DNA of 64,000 bases from Capnocytophaga sp. GTDB lineage: Bacteria > Bacteroidota > Bacteroidia > Flavobacteriales > Flavobacteriaceae. Below, one piece after another: positions 18,844 through 27,709 of this stretch. The DNA lies in contig JAUMUT010000001.1 in NCBI GenBank assembly GCA_030530525.1, positions 114,896 to 178,895 of the forward strand, in the 5' to 3' direction. The translations under genes and the position numbers were made by a program. Under the pieces are notes generated by a model. That model worked only from the letters and a program-made list of their open reading frames with translations. It had not been told where the DNA came from and did not search any database. Every line of letters begins with the position of its first letter. Position 1 is the first letter of the stretch.

Positions 18844-19959
18844 CTATAATTGATTGGTGATGTCAAATATTTTGCCTGGTAATGGGCGTATAACTCCTTT
18901 CATTTCCATTTGGAAGAGCAAATTAGAGAGCTTATAAACAGGTATATTACAATCTCTTGCTATAATGTCAATAATTTGTTTTCCATTGGTTTTCAAGTAA
19001 TTGTATATTTTTTCTTCCTCAGGACTCAAATCTGTAAATAATGGAGGCTGAAAATATTTTGGCTTTTGCGGAAGCGTATCCCAACCCATATAATAAATAA
19101 CATCTGCTGCATTGTTGATAAGCCGAGCTTTGTCAGTCTTTATCAGGAAGTTACAACCTTGGCTATACACATCAGAAGCTCTTCCAGGAACGGCAAAAAC
19201 ATCACGATTGTAACCAAAAGCCATATCGGCAGTAACCAAACTGCCTCCTTTTATGGCAGATTCTATAACGATAGTGGCATCGGAAAGCCCTGCAATAATT
19301 CGGTTTCGGCTAAGAAAATTTTTTCGATCAAATTTACTTTTATGCCAAAAATCGGTAATAAATCCTCCATTTTCCAGCATTTGTGAATAATATTTTTTGT
19401 GCGATGCAGGGTAAATAGTATCTAGCCCGTGCGCCAAACAAGCGATAGTTGGAATGTTGTATTCCATTGCAAGTTTGTGAGCGGTAATATCTACACCATA
19501 AGCAAATCCGCTAATAATTACCAAATCTTCCAAAACGGATAATTCTTCTATAAATTTCTCACAAAACGCTGTACCATAAGAAGTTATCTGCCGAGTCCCT
19601 ACAATACTAATACATTTTTTGTCCTTTAAATTTATGTTTCCATTACAGAAGAAAATAATAGGAGCATCAATTATTTGCTTTAAATTTGTAGGATAATCGT
19701 CATCTAAAAAAGTATAAAATTGAATATTATTTTGGTTAATATATTCCCATTCTGCTTCGGCTTCTTTTCGGTATTTTGGGTTAGAAATATGAGACAAAAT
19801 CACCGAGCCTATTCCGTCAATTTTAGATAATTTATGAGATTTTTCGTTAAATACTTGCGTTGCGCTTCCGCAATGTGCTATAAGCCTTTTAGCGGTTACA
19901 TCGCCAATATTTGGTGTGTTTTTTAAAGCTAATAAAGCTATTATTTCTTCTGCTGACAT
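18844..19959 (-). CDS. dprA: DNA processing protein DprA (Smf)
   Basis: N-terminal SAM-like domain (LALKNTPNIGDVTAKRLI). Rossmann domain (VISGFAYGVDITAHKLAMEY...TIACLAHGLDTIYP). 371 aa. Confidence 0.9.
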   Translation of the reverse strand: MSAEEIIALLALKNTPNIGDVTAKRLIAHCGSATQVFNEKSHKLSKIDGIGSVILSHISNPKYRKEAEAEWEYINQNNIQFYTFLDDDYPTNLKQIIDAPIIFFCNGNINLKDKKCISIVGTRQITSYGTAFCEKFIEELSVLEDLVIISGFAYGVDITAHKLAMEYNIPTIACLAHGLDTIYPASHKKYYSQMLENGGFITDFWHKSKFDRKNFLSRNRIIAGLSDATIVIESAIKGGSLVTADMAFGYNRDVFAVPGRASDVYSQGCNFLIKTDKARLINNAADVIYYMGWDTLPQKPKYFQPPLFTDLSPEEEKIYNYLKTNGKQIIDIIARDCNIPVYKLSNLLFQMEMKGVIRPLPGKIFDITNQL

Positions 19960-19976
19960 AAAACTTTAACAATGAA

Positions 19977-20717
19977 CTAATTAGGGATATTTACTTCATA
20001 AAAATCGTGTATAATTTCTCCATTTTTATTATATTCAAAAACAAAATAATTATCTTTTTTGAAGAAAATTCCGTTAATACTATCTTCCTTACGAACGGCT
20101 TGAAATACGTTTTCTAATGAAGTTTTTTGTAAAGAAAAAATTTCTTCTTTTTTATCGTTTAACAATAAAATTTTATTATTACTTTCTTGAAAAGTAAGTA
20201 ACCTAAAACGAAGGCTTGAAGATTCTTGTATTTGCACTCTATCTAATGGATTATCAGGTATTTTCACTGTTTTTTCATCTTCTTTTTCTTCATTTTTTAT
20301 TACTTTTTTTATAGAAGAAAGATTAATGTTTGCCAAGGCTTCGCGTAAGGCTTCATTATATCCTTTTTTAAAGTCTTTTTCTCTGCTTTGTCCCTCTGGT
20401 GAAGTATAAACGATATTTCCTTTGCAATCGCTTAGCGTTGCTATTACTTTGGTTTTAAATAAGTTAGATTTATTTATTACATTAAAACGTAATCCATCAC
20501 AAATGGCAAAGTTTTCAGGTATTTTATCGTCCCAAACGCATTGCAAATTCTTTTTTTCTAATAAAAATTTTGACAAAGTATTGATATTGTACTGATTTAC
20601 TTCCTTTTGAAAATTAAATTGTTTTGGCAATATAATATACTGATAATCTGTGTTTTGTTGTGAAAAACAAAAACTTGAAAAGCCCCAAAAAGAGCATAAA
20701 AATATAAATGTTTTCAT
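19977..20717 (-). CDS. hypothetical secreted protein (246 aa)
   Basis: Signal peptide MKTFIFLCSFWGFSSFCFSQ. No recognisable motif. Tightly packed between the deacetylase-like gene (3-nt gap) and dprA (17-nt gap). Confidence 0.55.
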   Translation of the reverse strand: MKTFIFLCSFWGFSSFCFSQQNTDYQYIILPKQFNFQKEVNQYNINTLSKFLLEKKNLQCVWDDKIPENFAICDGLRFNVINKSNLFKTKVIATLSDCKGNIVYTSPEGQSREKDFKKGYNEALREALANINLSSIKKVIKNEEKEDEKTVKIPDNPLDRVQIQESSSLRFRLLTFQESNNKILLLNDKKEEIFSLQKTSLENVFQAVRKEDSINGIFFKKDNYFVFEYNKNGEIIHDFYEVNIPN

Positions 20718-20720
20718 AAA

Positions 20721-21992
20721 TTAAAGATTTATTATTTGTTTGTAAAAATTAAAATTATCATTAGCAATATACTCATTAGAAAACACAGGAATAAAATATC
20801 CTTTTACGTTTTTTATATGTTGTTTAAGCGTGTTAATTTTTTTTATAATAAGTTTATCTTTTTGTTTCTCAATTACTTGGCTATGAATACAAAAACTATG
20901 AACCAAAACAGGGAGCTCTACTTCCAAGCCAATATCATAGAAAAAATAAGGCGTACAAGTACCCGAACGGAACCCAATATGTGTGGTATATCCCATAGTA
21001 TAATCTTCTTTATACTCGCATTCTGTTAATTTTCTATAAATATCAGGTAATGGTAGAATATTATTATTTGCTCTAAATCTACTAATATTACGATTAAGAA
21101 TAGCATTCATTCGTTTTTGTTCATTTTTCATTTCGTCCATATTAAAAACAGCAAAGAAAGATGATAGCACAGAAACGATAGAATAATCGCCCATTTGTTT
21201 TATTAAGTACTTGTATTTCATACTGTTATAAGAAATACCCTTATCGTGAATACTATAATTAGCTAAAAGGAAAAAGAAAATACTTCGGGTGTTATTTTCT
21301 TTATGAAAATCCACTAATTGTTCGTAAATGTCAAAAGGGTCGTTTATCTTGCCAGAAATTACTTTCAGTCTTGTAACAAAATTCCGAATATTAAAAGTAA
21401 AAATATCCACCATTGCACGGCTTACGCTTCTTACAATTCCTTTGTGTTTATAACGGAAGGCTTTGGCTATTTCAATGATGGAAATTTCTGTATATTCGTT
21501 AGGCGAAAAAAGTAAATCCGGATACTTTTCTTGCAGGGCTTTTTTAAACTTTTGTACCCAAATATCTACAATAGGTATTTCTAAAAAATGATACTTATAG
21601 GCAAGGCTTTTCGTTGCGGGGAAGTCTTCATATTTTTCGGTGGTGTGGCATCTATATTCCTCATAACGAGATAGTAAGAAAAACGAAGCCGAAAAAATAT
21701 CAAACGGAAAACTTCCTTTTTTAGCAGAGAAAAAATAAGGAATATTATCTTCCAAGTATTCTATAAAAATATCTATTTTTCGGAATCCTTTTTCGTAAAG
21801 AAGCCCGAAATTTTTCACAAAAAACTCATTACCTATTGCGGATTTGGCATAAGAAAGTTTATAACTATCCGACTTGATAAAACATTCCAAATCGGTAGTT
21901 ATTTTAATTTCCAGCCCCAACATTCGCTGAAAAATTTGTTTTATGATAAAAGAAAATCTGGGGCTAAGTTGCTCTGTATAAATAAGTAACAT
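20721..21992 (-). CDS. hypothetical cytoplasmic protein, possibly polysaccharide-deacetylase-like
   Basis: 423 aa. No signal peptide. Directly downstream of the sialidase (25-nt gap). The deacetylase assignment is only a vague recollection of a Bacteroidetes family starting MxxxYTEQxSPR and is unverified. Confidence 0.35.
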   Translation of the reverse strand: MLLIYTEQLSPRFSFIIKQIFQRMLGLEIKITTDLECFIKSDSYKLSYAKSAIGNEFFVKNFGLLYEKGFRKIDIFIEYLEDNIPYFFSAKKGSFPFDIFSASFFLLSRYEEYRCHTTEKYEDFPATKSLAYKYHFLEIPIVDIWVQKFKKALQEKYPDLLFSPNEYTEISIIEIAKAFRYKHKGIVRSVSRAMVDIFTFNIRNFVTRLKVISGKINDPFDIYEQLVDFHKENNTRSIFFFLLANYSIHDKGISYNSMKYKYLIKQMGDYSIVSVLSSFFAVFNMDEMKNEQKRMNAILNRNISRFRANNNILPLPDIYRKLTECEYKEDYTMGYTTHIGFRSGTCTPYFFYDIGLEVELPVLVHSFCIHSQVIEKQKDKLIIKKINTLKQHIKNVKGYFIPVFSNEYIANDNFNFYKQIINL

Positions 21993-22017
21993 ATTTTTTA
22001 GAAATACCTACAATATT

Positions 22018-23628
22018 TTATTTTATAAATTCACTAATTGCTATTTTTTGGAAATACAAATCGCCATTGCCTTCGTATAAAATCCCAATGTATTGATTAT
22101 CAATGATTGACATACAAGAATATCCAAAATTAGCATCGGAATAAAGGAGTTTTTGTGGTAATTTGTTCCAAGTTTGTCCGTCATCATCGCTGGCTTTGAT
22201 GGTTATATTAATTCGGTCTTTGGTATCGGCAGGGTTAGAAAAGAATAAATATCTTTTTCCGTTAGGATGTTCATAAGAAATAATACTTGCCATACAATTA
22301 GGTTCAACAAGAGCCTTGCGAGATGTTGGGTGTTCTGTCCAAGATGCTCCGAAGTTTTTGGTAGTAAAAACCGAGCGACCGCCAAGATTGTCAGAAATGA
22401 AATAATTTTGTCGGTTGCGGTCATCACGAGCATTAAGCATAATAGAACCGTCAGAAAGTTCTACTACTTGCGCCTCTGTGGTGTGCGATTGTGCGCCTAT
22501 TCCTCTTTTCCAAGTTTTGCCGTGGTCAGCACTATAAATTAGAGTTGAAAAAGGCACTTGGTTAGAGTTTTTGTATTGCGCTGCAAAAACTAATTTGCCA
22601 TCTTTAAGAGAAATTCCGCTTCCTGGACCATTGAAGAATAAATACCATTGTTGGTCTTTTACTTGCTCTGTTATGTTAATAGGTTCGCTCCACGTAAGCC
22701 CATCGTCATCACTTTTTGTTAAAACCAATTGTCCTGTTTCGTTGGGCGACATTCCAGGTTTAGACTCCCACCACGCCATTTTATCCACAGATGAGCCGTG
22801 TAACCAAAGTGCTGCTACCCAAATAGTTCCTGTTTGTTTATCTACCAAAATAGCAGGGTCGCCTACGCCATTGAGTTCATTAGGCAAACCTCCCCATTCT
22901 TTCATATCTAAAATTTCTTTCATAGGCTCCCACGTTTGCCCGCCATCTGTGCTTCGGCTCATTCCTATGTTAATATCTTCTTGTAAATCTTTACAATTAT
23001 TATAACGATTATCATAAACCGCAATAAGCGTGCCGCTATTGGTAGTTACCAAGCCAGGAATACGATAACATTCTATTCCGTCTTGTTTTTGGGTACGTAA
23101 TGAAATACCGAAACGTTGTGCGTCTCCTTTGCTTTCTACTATAAAATGTTTGCTAATAGGCAAAACTAATTCTACTGACGAAACTTTTATGGTGTTTAAA
23201 AGATTGGGCTTTTCTGTAGTTTTTGCCATTACCCAAGCATAATTAACATCTTTTGTGATATTTTTATCTCCTTTTACAGAAATAGTATTCCCCATTTGGG
23301 AAGTTTTGCCAAAGAGAGTAGCTTTTTTTACATCGTTTTCTTGGCTTACATACACCGAAATTTCTTCTAAATCTAAATTTTTCAAAGAAGATTTTAACCT
23401 AATTTTAATTTCCGAAAAAGAATGATCTCCTTCTTTGGAAAAAGTAATTTTGTTTAAAAGATTTTCTTTACCTGTCAGTAAAGGCATTTTGGGTTGTTCT
23501 GCCACAAAAGATTTTTCAGACATACGCTCTTTTATGGATTTTGCTTGGCTTTGTATTGCGGTTTTTGGCGCAGAACAAGACAATGACATTGCTATAAAAA
23601 TAGCTGGAAAATAATACAATGATTTCAT
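22018..23628 (-). CDS. nanH: exo-alpha-sialidase (neuraminidase), lipoprotein
   Basis: FRIP-type motif YRIPGLVTT. Four Asp boxes (STDGGQTW, SDDDGLTW, SADHGKTW, SDDDGQTW). Lipoprotein signal MKSLYYFPAIFIAMSLSCSA. 536 aa. Confidence 0.93.
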   Translation of the reverse strand: MKSLYYFPAIFIAMSLSCSAPKTAIQSQAKSIKERMSEKSFVAEQPKMPLLTGKENLLNKITFSKEGDHSFSEIKIRLKSSLKNLDLEEISVYVSQENDVKKATLFGKTSQMGNTISVKGDKNITKDVNYAWVMAKTTEKPNLLNTIKVSSVELVLPISKHFIVESKGDAQRFGISLRTQKQDGIECYRIPGLVTTNSGTLIAVYDNRYNNCKDLQEDINIGMSRSTDGGQTWEPMKEILDMKEWGGLPNELNGVGDPAILVDKQTGTIWVAALWLHGSSVDKMAWWESKPGMSPNETGQLVLTKSDDDGLTWSEPINITEQVKDQQWYLFFNGPGSGISLKDGKLVFAAQYKNSNQVPFSTLIYSADHGKTWKRGIGAQSHTTEAQVVELSDGSIMLNARDDRNRQNYFISDNLGGRSVFTTKNFGASWTEHPTSRKALVEPNCMASIISYEHPNGKRYLFFSNPADTKDRINITIKASDDDGQTWNKLPQKLLYSDANFGYSCMSIIDNQYIGILYEGNGDLYFQKIAISEFIK

Positions 23629-23683
23629 ATGAATTAGTATATAGAAATTTTAACTGCAAAGATATGAAAAAAATAAATTTTAA

Positions 23684-23716
23684 TGTTTGACATAAAAAGA
23701 TTTTTTTATAACTTTG
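23684..23716 (+). promoter_or_regulatory. candidate GntR/FadR-type operator (TGTttgACA) overlapping the gntR promoter (-7 box TAACTTTG)
   Basis: Palindrome TGT-N3-ACA at 23684-23692 matches the FadR-subfamily consensus t.GT...AC.a. TAACTTTG at 23709-23716 lies 38 nt upstream of the regulator ATG. The 126-bp region is the divergent promoter region shared with the sialidase operon. Confidence 0.4.
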
Positions 23717-23754
23717 CATCAGAATTTATTTTAACTAAAAAAACACCAATACAA

Positions 23755-24483
23755 ATGAAACACTTAGATGATAAAATCAAACCCTTAGAGAATATTTCTT
23801 TGGTTGATAGGGTAGAGAAACGCATCATTAATTATATAAAGGAAAACGGACTAAAAGTGGGCGATGCCTTACCGAAAGAAATGGAGTTTGCTGAGTCTCT
23901 CGGGGTAAGCCGTACTGCCGTGCGCGAAGCTATGTTACGACTACGAACTTTGGGCTTGGTAGAGTCTAAAAAACATAGAGGAATGGTGCTTTTAGAGCCA
24001 GATTTGGTAAGTAATTTTGAAAAAATGTTAGACCCCGCTATCATTGATTTGAGAATGCTTTCCAACCTTTTTGAACTTCGGCTAATGTTAGAGCTTGGAA
24101 TGGTGGATTTCCTTTTTGCAAGAAGAACGCCAAAACAAATGAAAGAATTAGAAGATATTGTAAATAATTCTGATGAGCAACGTTGTGATAATCAGAACTT
24201 TTACTTGGAAAGCGAAATACAATTCCATAGCAAACTCTATGAAATGTCTGGCAATGAAATTCTAAGAAAATTCCAACGTGTTTTGCTCCCTATTTTTGAA
24301 TACGTACACGATTTAAATCGTTACCAAACCAGTTGTATCATTTCCGAAGGCGGAAAACGAGTTACCCACCGCGACCTTTTGGAAGAGCTAAAACACGGTA
24401 CTCCTGCTTCTTTCCGTGAAAAGATGAGAGAACACCTCAACGCTCACTATACTAAGGCGTTAGGCGGAATGAATATGAGTTAG
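23755..24483 (+). CDS. GntR-family transcriptional regulator, FadR/FCD subfamily
   Basis: wHTH (LPKEMEFAESLGVSRTAVREAMLRLRTLGLVESKKHRG) and an all-helical FCD-like C-domain. Divergent to the sialidase. The start was placed at the internal ATG at 23755; the ORF-track start is 23683. Confidence 0.85.
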   Translation: MKHLDDKIKPLENISLVDRVEKRIINYIKENGLKVGDALPKEMEFAESLGVSRTAVREAMLRLRTLGLVESKKHRGMVLLEPDLVSNFEKMLDPAIIDLRMLSNLFELRLMLELGMVDFLFARRTPKQMKELEDIVNNSDEQRCDNQNFYLESEIQFHSKLYEMSGNEILRKFQRVLLPIFEYVHDLNRYQTSCIISEGGKRVTHRDLLEELKHGTPASFREKMREHLNAHYTKALGGMNMS

Positions 24484-24579
24484 AACATATCTAAAATTTA
24501 TCATAAAATTAAAGTACTACCTTGTCGTGAGGTAGTTTTTTTTCTTTAAAAACCATATGTATTCAAAAAAATAGTATTT

Positions 24580-24987
24580 TTGCAGAAAAAAATTATGGCA
24601 ACAGTAACCGCTACCTTAAAAAAAGAAAAATATACCACTACCATCACCACCGAAAACCATACTTTTCTGGTAGATGAACCCACGCAAGTAGGCGGAGCAG
24701 ACCAAGCCGCTTCCCCTTTGGAGTATTTGGCAAGTGCATTGGCTTCTTGTACCGCTATTACTATAAAAATGTATGCCGAACGTAAAGAATGGAACTTGCA
24801 AGAGGTTTCTGTAAAAGTAGATTTTACAAGAAATATTCAAGAAAACACCGCTTCGGCAAAGAAAGAAATTACCCTAAACGGAAATCTTTCCGAAGAGCAA
24901 AAAGAACGACTTTTAACCATCGGGAAACAATGCCCAATACATAAAATACTCACCAACCCTGTGGAAATAGAAAGTTTTTTAGTTTAA
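24580..24987 (+). CDS. OsmC/Ohr family peroxiredoxin-like protein
   Basis: SPLEYLASALASCTAITIKMYAERK and the C-terminal QCPIHKIL carry the two conserved Cys of OsmC. 135 aa. Confidence 0.85.
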   Translation: MQKKIMATVTATLKKEKYTTTITTENHTFLVDEPTQVGGADQAASPLEYLASALASCTAITIKMYAERKEWNLQEVSVKVDFTRNIQENTASAKKEITLNGNLSEEQKERLLTIGKQCPIHKILTNPVEIESFLV

Positions 24988-24999
24988 AATCTTCTAAAA

Positions 25000-25716
25000 A
25001 TGGATTTAGCCAGTATAAAACTCTCCAACGTACTTTTTTTGGATATTGAGACCGTGCCTCTGTATCCAGATTTTGAAAACGTACCCGAAGAAGAACGATT
25101 TCTTTGGGAAGAAAAAACACGTAACCAACGAGGCGAAAAGCCTGCGGAAGAGTTTTATGAACGAGCAGGAATATGGGCTGAATTTGGTAAAATAGTCTGT
25201 ATTTCTGTTGGTTATTTTTTGGTAAAAGATGCAGGAAGACAATTCCGAGTGAGGTCTTTCACAGGAGAAGAAAAGAAAATTTTGGAAGATTTTTCTTATC
25301 TTGTTGGTCATCATTTTCATAAAAAACACCACTTATTGGCTGCCCATAACGGAAAAGAATTTGATTTTCCATTTATTGCCAGACGTATGATTATCAATGA
25401 ATTACCTTTACCAAACATTTTAAATTTATACGGAAAAAAACCTTGGGAATTTCAGTACTTAGATACGCTTGACCTTTGGAAATTTGGTGATTATAAAAAT
25501 TACACTTCGCTTAGGCTTTTGGCTTATATATTAAAAATTCCTTCCCCAAAAGAAGATATTAACGGAAGCGAAGTCCGTTCTGTTTTTTATGAAGAAAAAA
25601 ACATACAACGCATTGCAGATTATTGCCAAAAAGATACGATAACCGTAGCACAAATTATCTTAAAACTTCGTAACGAGCCATTGCTTTCAGAAAAAGAAAT
25701 TCATTATGTTTCATAA
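25000..25716 (+). CDS. predicted 3'-5' exonuclease (PolB-exonuclease-like, RNase H fold)
   Basis: FLDIETVPLYPDF (Exo I-like DxE), LLAAHNGKEFDFPFIARR (Exo II-like) and YCQKD (Exo III-like YxxxD). 238 aa. The following ABC gene overlaps its end by 11 nt. Confidence 0.6.
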   Translation: MDLASIKLSNVLFLDIETVPLYPDFENVPEEERFLWEEKTRNQRGEKPAEEFYERAGIWAEFGKIVCISVGYFLVKDAGRQFRVRSFTGEEKKILEDFSYLVGHHFHKKHHLLAAHNGKEFDFPFIARRMIINELPLPNILNLYGKKPWEFQYLDTLDLWKFGDYKNYTSLRLLAYILKIPSPKEDINGSEVRSVFYEEKNIQRIADYCQKDTITVAQIILKLRNEPLLSEKEIHYVS

Positions 25717-27280
25717 AACGATTCTTTCGGTAGAAAATCTTTCTGTTTCCTTTGATAATCAAGAAGTTGTACATTCTATTTCTTTTTCTGTTTCCGAAAA
25801 TCAAATAGTAGGTATCGTTGGAGAGTCTGGGAGTGGCAAGTCTATTTCTTCACTTGCTATCACTGGTTTATTACCCAAAAAAGCTAAAATTTCAGGAGAA
25901 ATTATTTTTGATAATAAAAAAATTTCTTCCTTTACCAACAAAGATTGGCAACAAATACGCGGGAAAGAAATAGGCTTTGTTTTCCAAGAACCAATGAGCT
26001 CTTTGAACCCAACAATGAAGTGCGGAAAACAAGTAGCCGAAGTGTTAGCCCTACATACTTCATTATCCAAAAAAGAAATAAAAAAGGAAGTTTTACGGCT
26101 TTTTGAGCGTGTGAAAATAGACCCCGAAAGGAGCTATCAATCGTATCCGCACCAGCTTTCGGGCGGACAAAAACAACGCGTAATGATAGCTATGGCAATG
26201 GCTTGCAAGCCCAAATTATTAATCGCCGATGAGCCTACCACAGCTCTCGATGCTTCTGTACAAGAAGAAATTATTTCTTTACTGAAAGAAATTCAGCAAG
26301 AGAATAAAATGGCTGTTCTCTTTATTTCGCACGATTTGGCTTTGGTTTCCAAAATTAGCGACCAAATTATCGTAATGTATCAAGGCGATATTGTAGAAAA
26401 AGGCGATACGGCAACTATTTTCCATTCGCCTAAACATCTCTATACGAAGGCTTTACTATCTTCTCGCCCAAAGGCAGAAGAACGATTGCGAAGGCTTCCT
26501 ACTATCTATGATTTTGTAAATCAGTCTTTTACAAAAGAAATTATCCTTGAAGAAGAAAAACAACAACGACTAAATAAAATATACGAAAAAGAACCTATTC
26601 TTTCCATTGAAAATTTGAATAAAGAATACTTTTTAAATTCTTCTTTTTTCTATAAAAGAAAGACAATCAAGGTTTTACAAAATTTTTCTTTACAAATATA
26701 TGAAGGCGAAACTATTGGGTTAATTGGTGCAAGTGGTAGCGGAAAAACTACACTTGGCAGAGCCATCGTTCAGTTAGAAAAAGCTACTTCAGGGAGAATT
26801 ATATATAAAGGACAAAATATCAATCAATTGAATAACAGAGAATTACAAAAAATACGAAAAGATATTCAATTCATTTTCCAAGACCCTTATTCTTCTCTCA
26901 ATCCTATAAAAAAAGTAGGCGAAGCCATTCTGGAACCAATGCAAGTGCATCAATTGTACGCCAATTATAACCAAAGAAAACAGAAAGTTATAGAAATTTT
27001 GGAGCGTGTAGGGCTTAAAGCAAGTGATTTTGATAAATACCCGAATGAATTTTCGGGAGGGCAACGACAACGCATCGGGATAGCGCGGGCTTTGGTACTT
27101 CAACCGAAAATTATTATTTGTGATGAAGTTGTTTCGGCATTGGATATTTCTGCTCAGGCTCAGGCACTTAACCTCCTTAATGACCTAAAAGAAACCTTTC
27201 AACTTACTTATATTTTCATTTCGCACGATAAAGAAGTGGTAGATTATATGAGTGATAGAAAAATCTATTTAGAAACTTAA
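25706..27280 (+). CDS. ABC transporter ATP-binding protein with two fused nucleotide-binding domains (DppD/DppF or YejF-like)
   Basis: Two Walker A motifs ([16 protein letters not shown]). Two signature motifs ([16 protein letters not shown]). Walker [13 protein letters not shown] and the divergent [13 protein letters not shown]-loops ISHD. No permease gene is adjacent. Confidence 0.88.
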   Translation: MFHKTILSVENLSVSFDNQEVVHSISFSVSENQIVGIVGESGSGKSISSLAITGLLPKKAKISGEIIFDNKKISSFTNKDWQQIRGKEIGFVFQEPMSSLNPTMKCGKQVAEVLALHTSLSKKEIKKEVLRLFERVKIDPERSYQSYPHQLSGGQKQRVMIAMAMACKPKLLIADEPTTALDASVQEEIISLLKEIQQENKMAVLFISHDLALVSKISDQIIVMYQGDIVEKGDTATIFHSPKHLYTKALLSSRPKAEERLRRLPTIYDFVNQSFTKEIILEEEKQQRLNKIYEKEPILSIENLNKEYFLNSSFFYKRKTIKVLQNFSLQIYEGETIGLIGASGSGKTTLGRAIVQLEKATSGRIIYKGQNINQLNNRELQKIRKDIQFIFQDPYSSLNPIKKVGEAILEPMQVHQLYANYNQRKQKVIEILERVGLKASDFDKYPNEFSGGQRQRIGIARALVLQPKIIICDEVVSALDISAQAQALNLLNDLKETFQLTYIFISHDKEVVDYMSDRKIYLET

Positions 27281-27433
27281 AAAATGTTTTTATTTTTATT
27301 TATAGAAAATTTTTCTTTGTTTTATATTGTTTATTAATAAATAATTCTGTTATACAAAAATTGTTAATAACATCTTTTGTATTTCTCTTCCCTTTTGGCT
27401 AAAAAGTCGTAATTTCGCACCAAATTTTCTGAT

Positions 27434-27709
27434 ATGAAAATTAGATTTTTTAAATTAGATAAAAACAAACAATTTCACTACAAACCGCGTTATTATCAAG
27501 ACGTGGAAGAGAGTGAAAACGGCAAATTTAGCATCCGAAAGAAAAATTCAAGACAATCCATAGGAGACCAATGGCGAGAGGCACGACAAGGCTCTCGAAA
27601 TCGTAAAAATGGAGGATTTAGCTCTACTTTTCTTATCGTTTTGATAGTGCTTATCCTTTTGGTTTTGTATGTTTTTGATTTTGATTTGTCTATTTTTTTT
27701 GGTAAATAA
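27434..27709 (+). CDS. hypothetical small protein with basic N-region and C-terminal TM helix (91 aa)
   Basis: ORF stop overlaps the mutL start (ATGTCT... at 27709). C-terminus FLIVLIVLILLVLYVF. No homology basis. Confidence 0.4.
   Translation: MKIRFFKLDKNKQFHYKPRYYQDVEESENGKFSIRKKNSRQSIGDQWREARQGSRNRKNGGFSSTFLIVLIVLILLVLYVFDFDLSIFFGK

Noticed and set aside
22203-23005. ORFs of 76-144 aa on both strands inside the sialidase gene
   Set aside because: They are fully contained in a well-supported 536-aa CDS with Asp boxes, and have no independent signals.
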